DNA from: Tricharina praecox
Taxonomy: Eukaryota
Length of the DNA: 64,000 bases
Direction of reading: 5' to 3'
NCBI RefSeq assembly: GCF_024521635.1
Contig: NW_026250410.1
Coordinates: 62,001 to 126,000, forward strand
Both the position numbers and the translations under genes were made by a program. The notes under the pieces were generated by a model. The model was not told the origin of the DNA, did not search any database, and was given only the letters and a program-made list of their open reading frames with translations. Below, piece by piece: positions 39,122-52,059 of this stretch. How positions within the stretch are numbered: the first letter of the stretch is position 1; every line of letters begins with the position of its first letter.

Positions 39122-40232
39122 ATATACCTACTGTATAGACGGCAATGGAATGCTGGTAGAGGCCTTCATGTTTCATCACTCGCTAAAATCCACACCGTGG
39201 ACGGTGATATAAATGAGCCCGTATTGCTGGATACGAATGATATAGATTTAGACGGTGGCTGATGAATCGGGTGTTATATCATACACCCTTCTGATCATTG
39301 GATACCTATAACATCACGTGCGGCCTCCGAGACTATGGCGACCCTCCGCGAGTAACCTGCTGCCCTTGCCGTGGATATGATGAGAGACGGGGGGAAGCCT
39401 CTCGGACAGCCGGCAGCACAAAAGCGTGTCACATGATATCACCGAGTGATATCCAGTGCTCCATCCGTCTTGCCAAAACCAAAACCAAAAACCGTCACCA
39501 CCCCCGGCGGGTGGCTTGGAAACCCCAAGAGCTGAATAAAAAGGTCTTTCACCTGGGTTGAGCCCGGAACCTTCCCTCAACTCCCCTCGCCGATTGCATG
39601 GCCCAGACCACTAGACCACGCGGGGGTTTTTTCCGTGCTGGAATTATGAATTCGATGCTCATAAAGTGGTGAGTGCCTCACGCGCGATGGACAGAAACAA
39701 CGCCGAAGTGCAGTCTATTGGATCGGAGCGCCTGCATTATTCTTCCATTTCATACTGCGGTATCGCCTGCTTTATACACATGCGACTTATGGTGCTACGA
39801 ACATTGTTGCAGTCTATGAAAATGGCGCATTTATCACCACCACCGCAGCTATTTGCTTACATGTCTTACGTATTTAAGATCTAGAGGGAGGGGGCTGACA
39901 TGGTCAGCGAATAACGCATACAAAATCAGCTAGAGTCCCGTTCACCTGATTCCAGGGCGGTCAACCGTCCGTCCGGACTACAGTCCACTAGTGGCTGTAG
40001 TCCCGTCCCGTCCCGTCCCGTCCCGTCCCGTCCCGGGCAGGCTTTCCAGAGGACTGATCCGTCCCGTCCAGGGGATAAAATGCCCGGATACCTACAGGTA
40101 CCTATCCCCTACATGTCCGGGCGGGAGTATGTTTGTTGCACTGCAAAGTATGCCCGATTAGGAGGCGGCAGTGCGTCTACACGACCACACGTCTCACTAT
40201 CTCTATCAGCTTGGTTGCAGTTGTGCTGGTAG

Positions 40233-40328
40233 CAGTCACGGTTGCTACCAGTCACGGTTTCTACCAGTCACGGTTGCTACCAGTCACGGTTGCTACCAGT
40301 CACGGTTGCTACCAGTCACGGTTGCTAC
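40233..40328. repeat. 16-bp minisatellite (CAGTCACGGTTGCTAC)x6 inside the transposon
   Basis: Read directly from the sequence. Confidence 0.95.
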
Positions 40329-41804
40329 CATAATAGTCGCCGCCCCCGTCTCTGACCCACGGAACTTCAAATATCCTCGGTGCCAATGCTAGAGAAATGA
40401 GCAACGGCGCTTCTGATACAGAGGTTATGGGGCCGAGACTTGAGTCACAAACAGGCAGTCATGTTGCAGACGGGCCACCGGCGGATGCCACTACACTGCC
40501 AAATGTTTAGAAAACCTTCAGGAGGAGGGAAGTGGGAATGTACGCCGCTAGGTACGTAATGACAGAGAGCCCGTTTCTACTAACTTACACAAGTTTCTCT
40601 GCGGAAGTCGCCGAATGCTTTTGATATCACTCGGGTACCAACCTTTCTTCATCGGTCCAGATTGGGCCAACTTAGTGAGCTGGGATAAATGTACAAGCGC
40701 CGAACATGTATGGGATAGATAGACTGCAGACATGATATCTACCCGGACAACGTCTCGCATAACTCTGGTTAAATACAGGCAGGTATTTACTTAGCCAGGC
40801 TACATGCGAGCAACGAAGAAACAAAAGCCAAGATTGGACTCGGGAAGCGCAAATTCGCCGATCCCGTTACAGTCCCAGAAGATGCCTACATCTCTGTGCG
40901 GTACATGGCGGCTGAGGCAGTGAGATTGGGTTTGCATGTGCGAACCTGTAGCAAGGCGAGCGCCGGGACTGGGTGGCCTCAGAGCGTCACTCGCGTAACG
41001 GATGAGTAAACGCCATATCCTCACATCACTCGGACCTATCGCGAAATAAACTGGTGTTCCCCCTCTCACTCGCACTAACCACCCACCATTCTAAGCCTCT
41101 AGATAATAGATCTCACACGACACAAACATGTCATTAGCGGTATTATCAGATGTGCATCGACCCCACTAGCAAATAAAGGTGTAGCCCTAAGTCCCGCGAA
41201 AAGTCGCACATGACACGAGCTCTCTTCTCACCCCTCCTCCTCCTCATCTCCTACTCCCACACATCTCACTTCTTCCTTTGACCCTTCTTCCTCTTCCTTT
41301 CTTACACGCACGTCATTTTTCTTCGCTCCACCTTTCTCCTTCCATCTTCCTTCCGCCGTTCTCCTTCCACCTTTCTACTCCTATCTTCCTTCCACATTTC
41401 TTCTTCCACCTTTTTCCTTCCACATTCCTTCCACCTTCCTTCCACCTTTCTCCTTCCACATTTCTCCTACCACCTTCCTTCCTACACAACAACTTCCAAT
41501 TCCTCCCAATACTACGGCCTTCACCGGCCATAACCAGCTCCTCCATAACAGTTAGTAGTAAGCACAACATCCTCACACCAATACGGCCACCACAGAAAAC
41601 ACTTCCTCCCTTCTCTGCAGGCTTTTTACTCTAATCCACAGCAGCGAGAGCAACTTGAGTTTAATCATCGGATTAACGGAAAGGAAAAACGTGGAGGACT
41701 ATGCTCCAACAACCCAGTTATAAACGAATTGATTAAACGAATTGATTAAATGGCAACAGCAGCTACGGCGGCAACGGCGACAAAAGCGAAACCAGCAATC
41801 GAAA

Positions 41805-42470
41805 CAGCAGGTTAATATCGGCGGACGACAGTTCAGCATCTCGGCTGACGATATTAGCAACAGCAGGTCGGCCATTCGGCGGACGATACGGGCAAAAGCA
41901 GGTCAGCAATCGGTTGGGAAGCAGGTCAGCATCTCGGCGGAAGCAGGTGAACGGAAGCAGGTCAGCGATTGGGCGGAAACAGGTTGGCAATTGGGCGGAC
42001 GACACGGGCAACAGCAGGTCATAAATCGGTTCGGAAGCAGGTCAGCATCTCGGCGGAAGCAGGTGAACGGAAGCAGGTCAGCGATTGGGCGGAAACAGGT
42101 TGGCAATTGGGCGGACGACACGGGCAACAGCAGGTCATAAATCGGTTCGGAAGCAGGTCAGCATCTCGGCGGAAGCAGGTTAACGGAAGCAGGTCAGCGA
42201 TTGGGCGGAAGCAGGTCAGCAATTGGGTGGAAACAGGTCGGCAATTGAGCGGACGACACGGGCAACAGCAGGTAATCAATCGGTTCGGAAGCAGGTTAGC
42301 ATCTCGGCGGAAACAGGTTAACGGAAGCAGGTCAGCGATTGGGCGGAAACATGTCGGCAATTGGGCGGACGACACAGACAACAGCAGGTCAGCAATCGGT
42401 TCAACAGCAGGTCAGCAATCGGCGGAAACAGGTTACCATCGGCGGAAGCAGGTTAACATCTCGGCGAAAA
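41805..42470. repeat. ~116-bp higher-order tandem repeat built from ~20-bp GCAGGTCAGC sub-repeats, inside the transposon
   Basis: GCAGGTCAGCATCTCGGCGG recurs at 41921, 42037 and 42153 (period 116), with a variant at 42291. Confidence 0.9.
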
Positions 42471-45461
42471 CAGCAGCAACCCTCCTTTGCGATCTGCAGC
42501 AATGTAATGTTGTTCTTCATCAGGGGAAGAAGATGAAACATGCATCCGCCCGCCACGCCATGGCTCTCAATGCTGTGGTTGTGGTGGATGCGAAGCCGAT
42601 GCAGACATGTAGGCATTCCGGGGACCATTAATGGATATTTCACGCCAGCAACGTCAGCAAAGCACCATTCCTAGGCCAGGAACGTACTGAAGAGACTCAG
42701 AAACTACCAGATGGCCGGGAACAACGGCCTTCGGATCGGTTGTCCGTTCGCCGGTGGAAAGGAAATGCACAGTATGCAAGTATATGGTTGCTGCAAACTG
42801 GCCGGCCGACCACTCGATTTATGAGCACCAGCGGGCAGAGGAGCAGAGCAACAACAACCAAATTTTCAAGTAGTGTGGAGTAACTTATCTAGGTAGAGCA
42901 AAGCACAGTATCCACCAATCCTCGTGTCCGCCGTCAATCGAAATGTCGTACCAGTAGTAAATTCTAATGTCTCATCAAAGCAGATCCTCCATCCTCGTCT
43001 ATTCCAATCAATCCCCGAATCCGCACTGTGATGTCCAGCCGCACAGCCACACTTCCGCAAACCGGTGCCACTGTGTGGCGCCACACCACTAGCACTGTCC
43101 TAGTTTCCCAGTCCATTCCGGGCCCTGTAGGGTATTTGTTCTCCATTCGCCAGCCTGGCAGACTGTAGTCCTTCTTCTCTCTAGCCCGACTAATTCCGTC
43201 CCGTCTCGGGCAACCTCAAAACCGGACTGGACGGACGGTTGACCGCCCTGCCTGATTCCGATGATTCGAGGGACAGCCGCGTAGTTTTGCCGCAGCGAGC
43301 TCGGCTGTTTTGTAGGGGCTCCCGGATTGTGCGGAAAGAATGAGTACATACATCATATGTAGTAGGTATCCTCTCACGCTACGCGCTAATCTATCTTCTC
43401 GCGGGATTCCTAGCTGTTCTGGGGTCCGTCGGAAAGAGACAACAACCAAACACCACCGACCTTCCAAACACGGGTAATCCTTGCAGAATCTTTGACCGTA
43501 TGCCGTTTGCTTGCTTCTGCTTCCTTTCATCCTCACTCCCTTCCTTTACTGTCATGAGCGAGTCGAGCCCGTACCTATCTAGCGGCTGCGCTGGGCCTCG
43601 TTTGTACATACATCGATGAGTCGCGTGGTGCGTATTTTAGTGGTGTGGGGTTTAGTCAAGCGATCCTGCCCACCATCGATCCTGTCCAATACTGTATCGA
43701 TCCCAGCCACGACCAGAACTCGCCCTGAATAGGTATTTCCGTGACTCTCCGTGACTCACTCGCAATCCATGCGATTGATATTGATCCTCAAGGCAAAGCA
43801 TTCTCCTAGAAATGGTTGTAAAATTAGCCACCTTTATAGGTAGGTACCAGTCGATTAATCATCAATGCATTCTGCGTACATAGATATCTATTCATGGTCT
43901 TGGATGCGTTTTCCATTCTCGAAGCCCCGGATGCCCGTCCACGACTCCACAGCGGACCTATGGCCGTCGCATGGTTCCTGCATACCTACCTAGGTACTCT
44001 GCCTATATCAGGTATGGAAGGAGGATACGCGGGAGAGGATGAGTAAGCGACGTGACAACTGTATCCTCCATCGAACCGCCGGACTGGTCGCAAACTTGCA
44101 GTGGGGGCCTCGGGAGCGAGTGATAGCGCGTGCATGCCTGCACTCAACCCTGTCCTACTATACCCACCAACCTAGTCGTACATACAAGTGCGGGAGGTGC
44201 CAATTAAAACTCCGACTGCGGGCCGCAGGTCAGCCAGCCTCCTAGTACATAGGTTGCACTTTCGTCTTCCTCTCCTCCGGTATCCTCCGGCGGCCGGTGC
44301 TCCATACGTCCCCCTCAAACGACTGAGCATAAGGGCAGGGATGTGGTGAGTTTTCCGCCCCGGAAGCCGAGTAGAGCTAGTCGGCTACGCGGACACCGGC
44401 ACCGCCGCTCACAGTTCACAGCCACCAGGCAGCCAGGCGCCCAGGCTGACCATATTCGAGGTTTGAGAACATACACATCAGCATCTCGCTCTACGGACCG
44501 AGCTTCGCCCTTCGAGCAGCTATACCCTTCCCATTACCTGTATATCGCCCTCTTACCGTCTCACCTTAGCCTTGCACCTTGTACCTTAAGGCTCAAAGTG
44601 GGGGAGTGTGGAAGCAGTCGCAGCCTGATCTTCCGAGCCTTATATCCATGCACAGTGCACACACACAATATGGGGATAAACTCCGACCCGACAACCATCT
44701 GGCATTTGGCACTCACCGGAGGGCGGCTAGCTAGCGTCCAGATCGAACGCACAGCTTCAAACTCGTTCACTGAAATACCTATGCTACAAAATACGAAGAA
44801 GTCTCGTGGCTCGTTCTCCGCCAAATTACCTACTTGCTAGAGTACTCAATACCACCGAGTGATCGCGTGAGTGAATAGCCAACCAGGGTTAGGGACTAGT
44901 TAGTGGTGAATTGATCGGATGCGGAGTAACCCCGCACCGTGTGTGCCATAGATACCTAGATTACGCTCGTCCCGGCACGTAACTCAGCCGGCCGGCTGGG
45001 GATCTATAACTAGGGGCACTGTCTTCCCCAGCTTTCGAAGTGAAAGAGTAATTATGTAGAGTATCTAAGATACATCTACTATCGCCGGACGTGTCCTGTA
45101 ATCCACCACCACTGCAGATGGGTGACACCCGTACTCCGCGTTTGTAGGATCCGCACATGGACCGCCACTACTACCTAGCACTAGTAGCTAGCTGCTCACT
45201 AGATTCCATGGTCGGCTGTTGGATGAACTAGTGGGGTACCACCACAGCCGCACAGCGCGGGCCAACTACAGCATGTAGCTTGCTTTTTTCTGCAGAGTGC
45301 ACACCTCCACGGAGAGCTTGGTACGGTATGTAGTACAATACATACGAGTAGAATAGGTAACTGCTTCTCTTCAGAGAACGTGAAGCAAAACCACTGTCCT
45401 GTCCTTTCCTGTCCCTGCATTTGTGATCCCGTCCGCCCACCGCCGAATGGCGAAGGGTCGC

Positions 45462-48400
45462 GTCCGAGTCCGAGTCCGAGTCCGAGTCCGAGTCCGAGTC
45501 CGAGTCCGAGCGACTCGGAAACAAGTATTTTCTCCCCCCCGCCCCTCCTTTCGTTTCTTTTTCTTTTTCTTGTTCTAAAACGATTGGTGGCGAGAGAAAG
45601 CAGAATACGAGCGACGCCTCGCCCCCGGCCGCAGAAGGGCTGAGGCATGGAGGGAGCTGGCTGCTGGCTGCTGGCTGGCAAGAGATGGCAATCACCGGAC
45701 GGGGCCTTCCGCAGGAAGGTCGCTTGCATCATTGCATGTGCCCGCAGTGGGCTTGCGGGTGAAAATACTCACTACTCATGTATAGTACATAACGGGTGAG
45801 TTCGCGAGCAGGATTACATACCGGTAGACTATCTACTATGGAATCGATTGCTTGGGCCTAGGCAGCACCGACTCCCTCCCTCCAGGCGCCCGCCCTCTCT
45901 GTCTCAGCCACGATGCTAACTAGAGTATCTACATATCACCCCACGCCTCGCCGCTCCCTACATACTCTACATGAGATACTCTACAGAACACACGCTCTCC
46001 GTGGAGATAGGTAAGAGTCAGCCGACCGATAGCGAGAAAAAAAAAGCAAAACGAAAGAGTGGCGCGGAAATAGATTGGGCGGCCTTGTGTTTTAATTATT
46101 GTTTATTTTTTATGGAAGGATAAACTGCATTTATTTACATACAATGTATGTACAATAGAGTACTTTACCGCAGAGTCTGAACCCCCGGAAAATGTTGAGC
46201 TCGGGAAGAAACGAGTTTTGTCAGATGCCTCACGTGATGGCGCTGGTAGGTTGGAACCGGCGAAAAACCTGCCCACTCCGAGGTGCGCTCCAGAATTTAC
46301 CGCGAGGCTGACGACCGCAGAACAAAGCAAGGCTAAGGCTTGGGTTTATCGATTGCTTGCGTACTACTAGTACCTAGCCAGAATCTAGATCGTGGTAATA
46401 ATACACACTCAACCCAACTTCCAGGCGCGTCTCCTGCCAGGCGCCGTCCCGGCCTTTATACTTTCCCAGAGACCTATGCAGAGCGGATCGCTCCAAGGAA
46501 ACAACATCTTGATCAAGAAAGCGCGTTTCAGACATGGCGAGTGACATTCCATGCCCGTACCCGTACACACACGGTACCGTATCTACTCGCACACTAGGAC
46601 TCAAGCTAAGAGGTTAGAATAAACTCACTGAAAGTGGTGATGGTGATCTATAGCTATGTGGCAAACGTACATCCTTGTACGGAGAACTCGATGCCCAACG
46701 AGGAAAACAAAAGCGGATCGGGGAGAGTAATGCATTGGGCTAAGACGCGAGGATACGGTATTTACTCGTACTCTATGTATGATACGTCGACGACGACGAC
46801 GACAACGATCTTCCGGATACGAGCTTTTGAAGCAAGGCCACGCCGACCAAAGAACCCCCTCGTTCCATTAAGCGCCAGATCGTATCCTGCCGCAGAGCAT
46901 AAGGTTAAGGGGAGGCTATAGTTACACAGTTACACAGTGATCACCGTCCGGAGCGAGTATTGTTTGTACAATACATAATCCCGTTGTGGCCAGGTCCCCA
47001 GAACACGGCTTATTGCCGTCCGACGTCCGGAAAGGGCTCGGCGAAGGCGGAGGCGAAGCCCCCCATAATCGCATAGGCAGCTAAATTGTATTGTACTTAC
47101 GGCAGCCAAAACATACCGCGGCAGTCTGCAGGAAAGATGCGATAAAAAATCGGTCCGTGTACGTAGGTAGGTAGGTACTCCAGCTGCAGGACCGTAACGG
47201 CGTAACTACTCCGTGGGGAAAATGTTCCATAGCAGTTGAAACTTGATGTCTTCCTTCCTTCCGTACTGCTTACTATTATGTACCGGTATGTACCGTATTC
47301 TGCTAATGTAGCACCGTACCGTACCCCCCTCCACCTCTCCCACCGCCGCACCGTTCCACCCGGGCAGTACTTTCGCAGCGGGGACTGGGAGGCTGCGGAA
47401 AATCTAGATAATTCTAGAAAAGCTGTAGAGTACATACTGAAAGTGCCTGCGAAATGCCTCAACTCTCGTGCAGTTCAAGCACCAAGTACCAACGCAGGTA
47501 GTCGAATGGAAATCCATGGAAATCCACAACTTCATATGTACCTCCACGTCCACCGACTGTCGAGCCGCTCGTTCACGACTCGACGCACCTACCTTGAATT
47601 CTTGGATTCTTGGAAGCCGGCGGACCGAATAGCACATCTAACTGTTCTTGGGAAACTCAAGACAAAACAAAGACGATCACCGCCCCTAGAGGTTGTTACT
47701 ATTCTTTTTATTAAGCAAGGACGAAAGTAGTCCTCGTCGCGGCAGCGGGCTGCGGAACACAGCCGCGCTTACAGCGTACCAAGCTAGCTACCAACTTTAT
47801 ACCAGTAGCAGGTAGAAGCGAAAGCCCACGTTTAGCCGCCGGTGCCGCGCACTGAACAGTCCGCAGCACAGCGCGCAAGTACTATCTAGACTCTTGAGTA
47901 CCTACATCTTATCTGGAACCGACAAAGCGCTATTGCTCACGGCCGCTTGCGCGCGCACCGAAGGTCAGAAAGTCAGAAGCAGCCGGCTGTGCGCGGTAGG
48001 CCTGTGGCTGCGAGTGATGGAACGTCACAGAGTCACATACGACCACTCGCCACTCGCGGACACTGGCGAGCCGTGTATCACACGTGACCTCGATGTGCTG
48101 CCGTTAGCGGAGGCGGTGGCGACGGTGCGGCCTCGAAGAGTCCCCCAGCATCCGGTCCAGCACGGTGCAGCTCGGCTGCGCGGGCGGGCGGGCGGGCGGG
48201 CGGGCTGGGCTGGGATGCGCGTGACAACTCTGCCGTCTCGCGGCATCACTAGATACACTGGGCGCCTCAAGCGCGGTACGCGGGGCGGGCGAGTTCAGCG
48301 CGCAACGACGACCGTAGATAGCGTCCGCGTACTCCACAGGCCCGGGCCCGGGCCCGGCCACGATGTATGTACTCTACGCGGACTTTTACCTACTGTATCC

Positions 48401-51400
48401 CCCTCAGTGCCCTCACCAACCGGCCTCGAAGGCCGAGTGACCACTGGAGACTCCTCGGGGTTTTTTTTGGATATTGTAATTTTGTGACTTTTTTTTTTTT
48501 TTTTGATTTTGTTGATTTTGAAACATCACCCATCCGGAGGAACGCCATCGATCGCAGTCCGGAGGATCAATTGGTAACTCCTAGTAATCCAACATCCGCC
48601 AAGGTGTCTAATCGCGGATTCGCCACCAGCTACTGCGGTATACCTAGTGTGTGGTGCGTGCGTGGCGGTGCTGACCCTGCTGCTGCTCCGTTTCCTGTAA
48701 CCTGTAACCTGTCACCCGTAACCTCCGTCTCACAAGGCGTAGCCCTTCACACGATACGTTTTATACATGCCTACATGCCTACGGTGCGGTGCGGTGGCAC
48801 GGCGACGGTCGGTCGGTCGGTCGGTCGGGGCGGCTATGATTCATACATACGAGCTGTTGCGGGTACGTAGCGGTAGGTATGCCACGCCGAGGCCAGAAAG
48901 TCAGTCAGTCAGACGGGCATGGCAGGGCAAGGGCATGGCATGGCAGGGCAGGGCATGATCGACGCAGTTAGTTAAAGCTATGTAACTACGCCCTGTGGCC
49001 TGTGGCCTGTGGCTATCACAGGGATCTGACTGACGCAGTGATCGCCGCGGCGAGCGAGCGAGCGAGGGGGACGGCCTACAAGTAAGTAAGCACGTAAGTA
49101 AGCCAGCACGCAAGTAGGTGAGATGTAGGTGGGTATGCGAATATGCGAGTAATCCCGTGCGGGCGGATTTCTAGAAGCCCTTATTCCCCCCCCCCGCCCG
49201 CATCGGTCTGTGGTACGAGCAACGAGCGAGCACACTACCTCATACCTCATACCTACTCTACCTACCTGCCTGCCTACGCTCGGCAGAGGCGTATGCACGA
49301 ACGGCGGGAATACACATCGCATCGGCAACTATCATGCTGCTGTTGTGCTCCCCAATATCATGTATGCTCGAACTTCGTACGACGGACAAAAATAATTTTA
49401 TTTTTCGAGTACCGTCCGTGCGCTGTGATGCCTGCTCTGCTTGGTGGAGCACACACGAGCGCCGCGCCGGTACCGTACATATAACTCTACTTCTTCTTTC
49501 ATACAAACCACGTGGAGGGGAATGTTCCCCGTACGTATGTGTGAAGTATTTTCCTAGGTAGAGTATATAGACAGAGTAGGGACGGAGTACTAGGTACGGT
49601 AGATAAGTACCGTATCTTGAAAGTTGATGGTGGGCTGTGCCCCCCTTCAGGCTTCCTTCCCTTCCTTCCCTTCCTTCCCTACTACTATTCCCTACTAACT
49701 ACCCAGCTACTACCAGTACAACTAACTACTACTACTATTCCACTAACTACTACACCCCCCCACCCAATCGTTTCCCACCGGGGAATGCATAGATCTCACT
49801 GTAGTACGGTAGATTATGTATGTAGTACACACGATCCGCGCCGCGTCGCGCTGCGCCCGACGGGATCCTGTGCTACGGAGATCAAACAATGACAGCAGGT
49901 ATGATGTATCTAGGCATGTAGATATGTAGGTACCGGGGCGGGGCGGGCGAGGCGTTGCAAGCCTCATGGCGACGTCTGTTACATACGGTACATACCAGGT
50001 GAGCCGGAGCGCCGCCGAATCGGCATATGTGATCGTGGGGTTTCACGGTTTCACTAACTAGTACCTAGGACTCGAGTGCGGCGCTGCCGTCGCCGCTGCC
50101 GCCGCTAAAAGAATCAAGGGTCCATGTTTCTGTTTTGTGGCGAGTGAGCGTGAGCGCGGGTTTACTGTTTGCATATGGTGCTTACTTCTGTACGGTACTT
50201 GCCCGCATGTCTTCAGCTAAACGGTACTCGAAATCGAACGATGGACGATGGACGCTGGACGATGGTTGCGATATCGGATGGACAGATGTGGTTTTTACAT
50301 AGGGCATTTCCCTAGCCTCCCGAGTCCCGCCTCAATCATCACAATCATCTCATCTGTTCGCGCAGAATGCCGGAGGCAGGCAAACGGACAAAAAAAAAGG
50401 CCGCAGCTTCGACGGCCGGACCTCGACACCCCACAAATAGTCTCTCCCCCGGAGGACGGGAATATCCATCTATCCATCTATCCATCTGTCGAAAACAACC
50501 AACCAACCAACCAACCAGTCATATCTACTCCTCCGAGTAATCATGTGAAGCTTCGAGAAAGAAAAATATGACGAACCCCGGCCTAGATATGTAGAGTACG
50601 TCAGTCAGTCAGCTAGGCAACGCAACTCGTCAGCAGTACGTTCGCAGCGCGGCGCGGATTCGATTCGATTCTACTCGGCATACCTTATCGAGTAGAGAAG
50701 AGTAATCGCGGGCTATTGCGTTGCGTTGCGTTGCCCGCGCTTGCACTTGCACTTGTTCTTGCTCATTCGCGGGCTGACATAGCCGCTGCTGCGACTATAC
50801 ACACTCGTAACTCGTCCGCTACCCACCTATGTAAATATGATGCATTACGTACGGGCGCCGGGCACTAACCAGGACGATGACGATGACGATCTCGTGGGAT
50901 CTGAAATAACACAGCACTACACAGTTTCTTTTGCCTTTCCTTCGGAAGTTGGAACACACCCTCTCGTGTGCGTAGGCAGGTATCCAGCCATTCCACTATA
51001 CCTAGGACCTAGGTATTCTTGCTGTGGATTAGAGCGTGTAGGTATGTACCAACGTCGGCCAACCGCAACGAGTGCCCAGAGTGTCCGGAGTGTCCTGAGT
51101 GTCCGGACTCCGGAGCGAGCGAGCGGTGAATGACAGATTCGGTTTTTAAAGTTTAGTTTAGTTACTCTACATACTTCACTCTAGTTAGCGAGGAATTACC
51201 GGTATCTACACATCATTTCCTGAGGAATGATACATACCGTATATGTACCTAAAAGAAAACCTTCCCGGGGGCCGGGGGGAGGGGGGTGGCACTTCTTCGT
51301 TAAAGTCTTCCATTTGCGTCGAACGAACGACGACGGGGACTGGGAGTCGGGGACAGGTGATGGATCATGGGAGGGACTTGGGAGGGAGAGAGGGAACCGA

Positions 51401-52021
51401 CAGGAACCGGCAGGAACCGACAGGAACCGACAGGACTGGACAGGAAAAGACAGGAAAAACAATCTATCCATTCATCAGATCAGGAAAAAAGATGATAGAT
51501 TAAATCAAAAAACACCCGAATTCAGCCATTTTCTTTTCCTGAATCTTCTCTTCCCCGAAGAGAAACCCGAACCGAACGGAACGCATCACCATCGCCATCG
51601 CGGGAATGATCTGCTGGAACGGGATGGATGAATGGATGGATGGATGGATACTTACTAAGGACAACTATGAATATGGATATGGATATGGATATAGTTAGAT
51701 ATGGCCGGCGGTCGGTCGGTGATCTGTGCTTGTACTGTATATTGCGTTAGATTTTTACTTGAGAGGATGCGGAGAAGATGTGCCGATACATATGAAATCT
51801 CGAGTACTGAAACAGTGGGGATCCCGGGGGGTGGGGGATCCTGGGGAGGGCGGGTGATGCGATCGGATAACTCTCACAGAACGTCAATACTCTAGAGTAT
51901 GTATGTACATGATCTATCAGAAAGGCCAGGGAGGGCCAGTGCGGACGGACGGACGGACGGACGGACAGGTAACGAACGGGTGAGGTCCTGGAGGCTGGAG
52001 TTCATGTGTCTGCTGGTGCCC

Positions 52022-52059
<38 letters not shown>

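Larger units (their letters stand above)
39953..43250. mobile_element. Non-autonomous hAT-type DNA transposon (3298 bp)
   Basis: 22-bp TIRs (CAGGGCGGTCAACCGTCCGTCC at 39953, reverse complement ending 43250). Perfect 8-bp TSD CCTGATTC at 39945-39952 and 43251-43258. Subterminal (GTCCC)n. No intact transposase ORF. Confidence 0.93.

Noticed and set aside
40233..42470. CRISPR-like array
   Set aside because: No unique spacers; eukaryotic minisatellites.
41742..42643. Repetitive ORFs (e.g. 41969..42631)
   Set aside because: Open in several frames and on both strands because of the tandem repeat. No coding signature.
40400..43060. Transposase remnants inside the hAT element
   Set aside because: No BED, DDE or dimerisation motif could be read with confidence by eye.
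48035..48050. 5S rRNA-like start ACATACGACCA
   Set aside because: The match does not extend.
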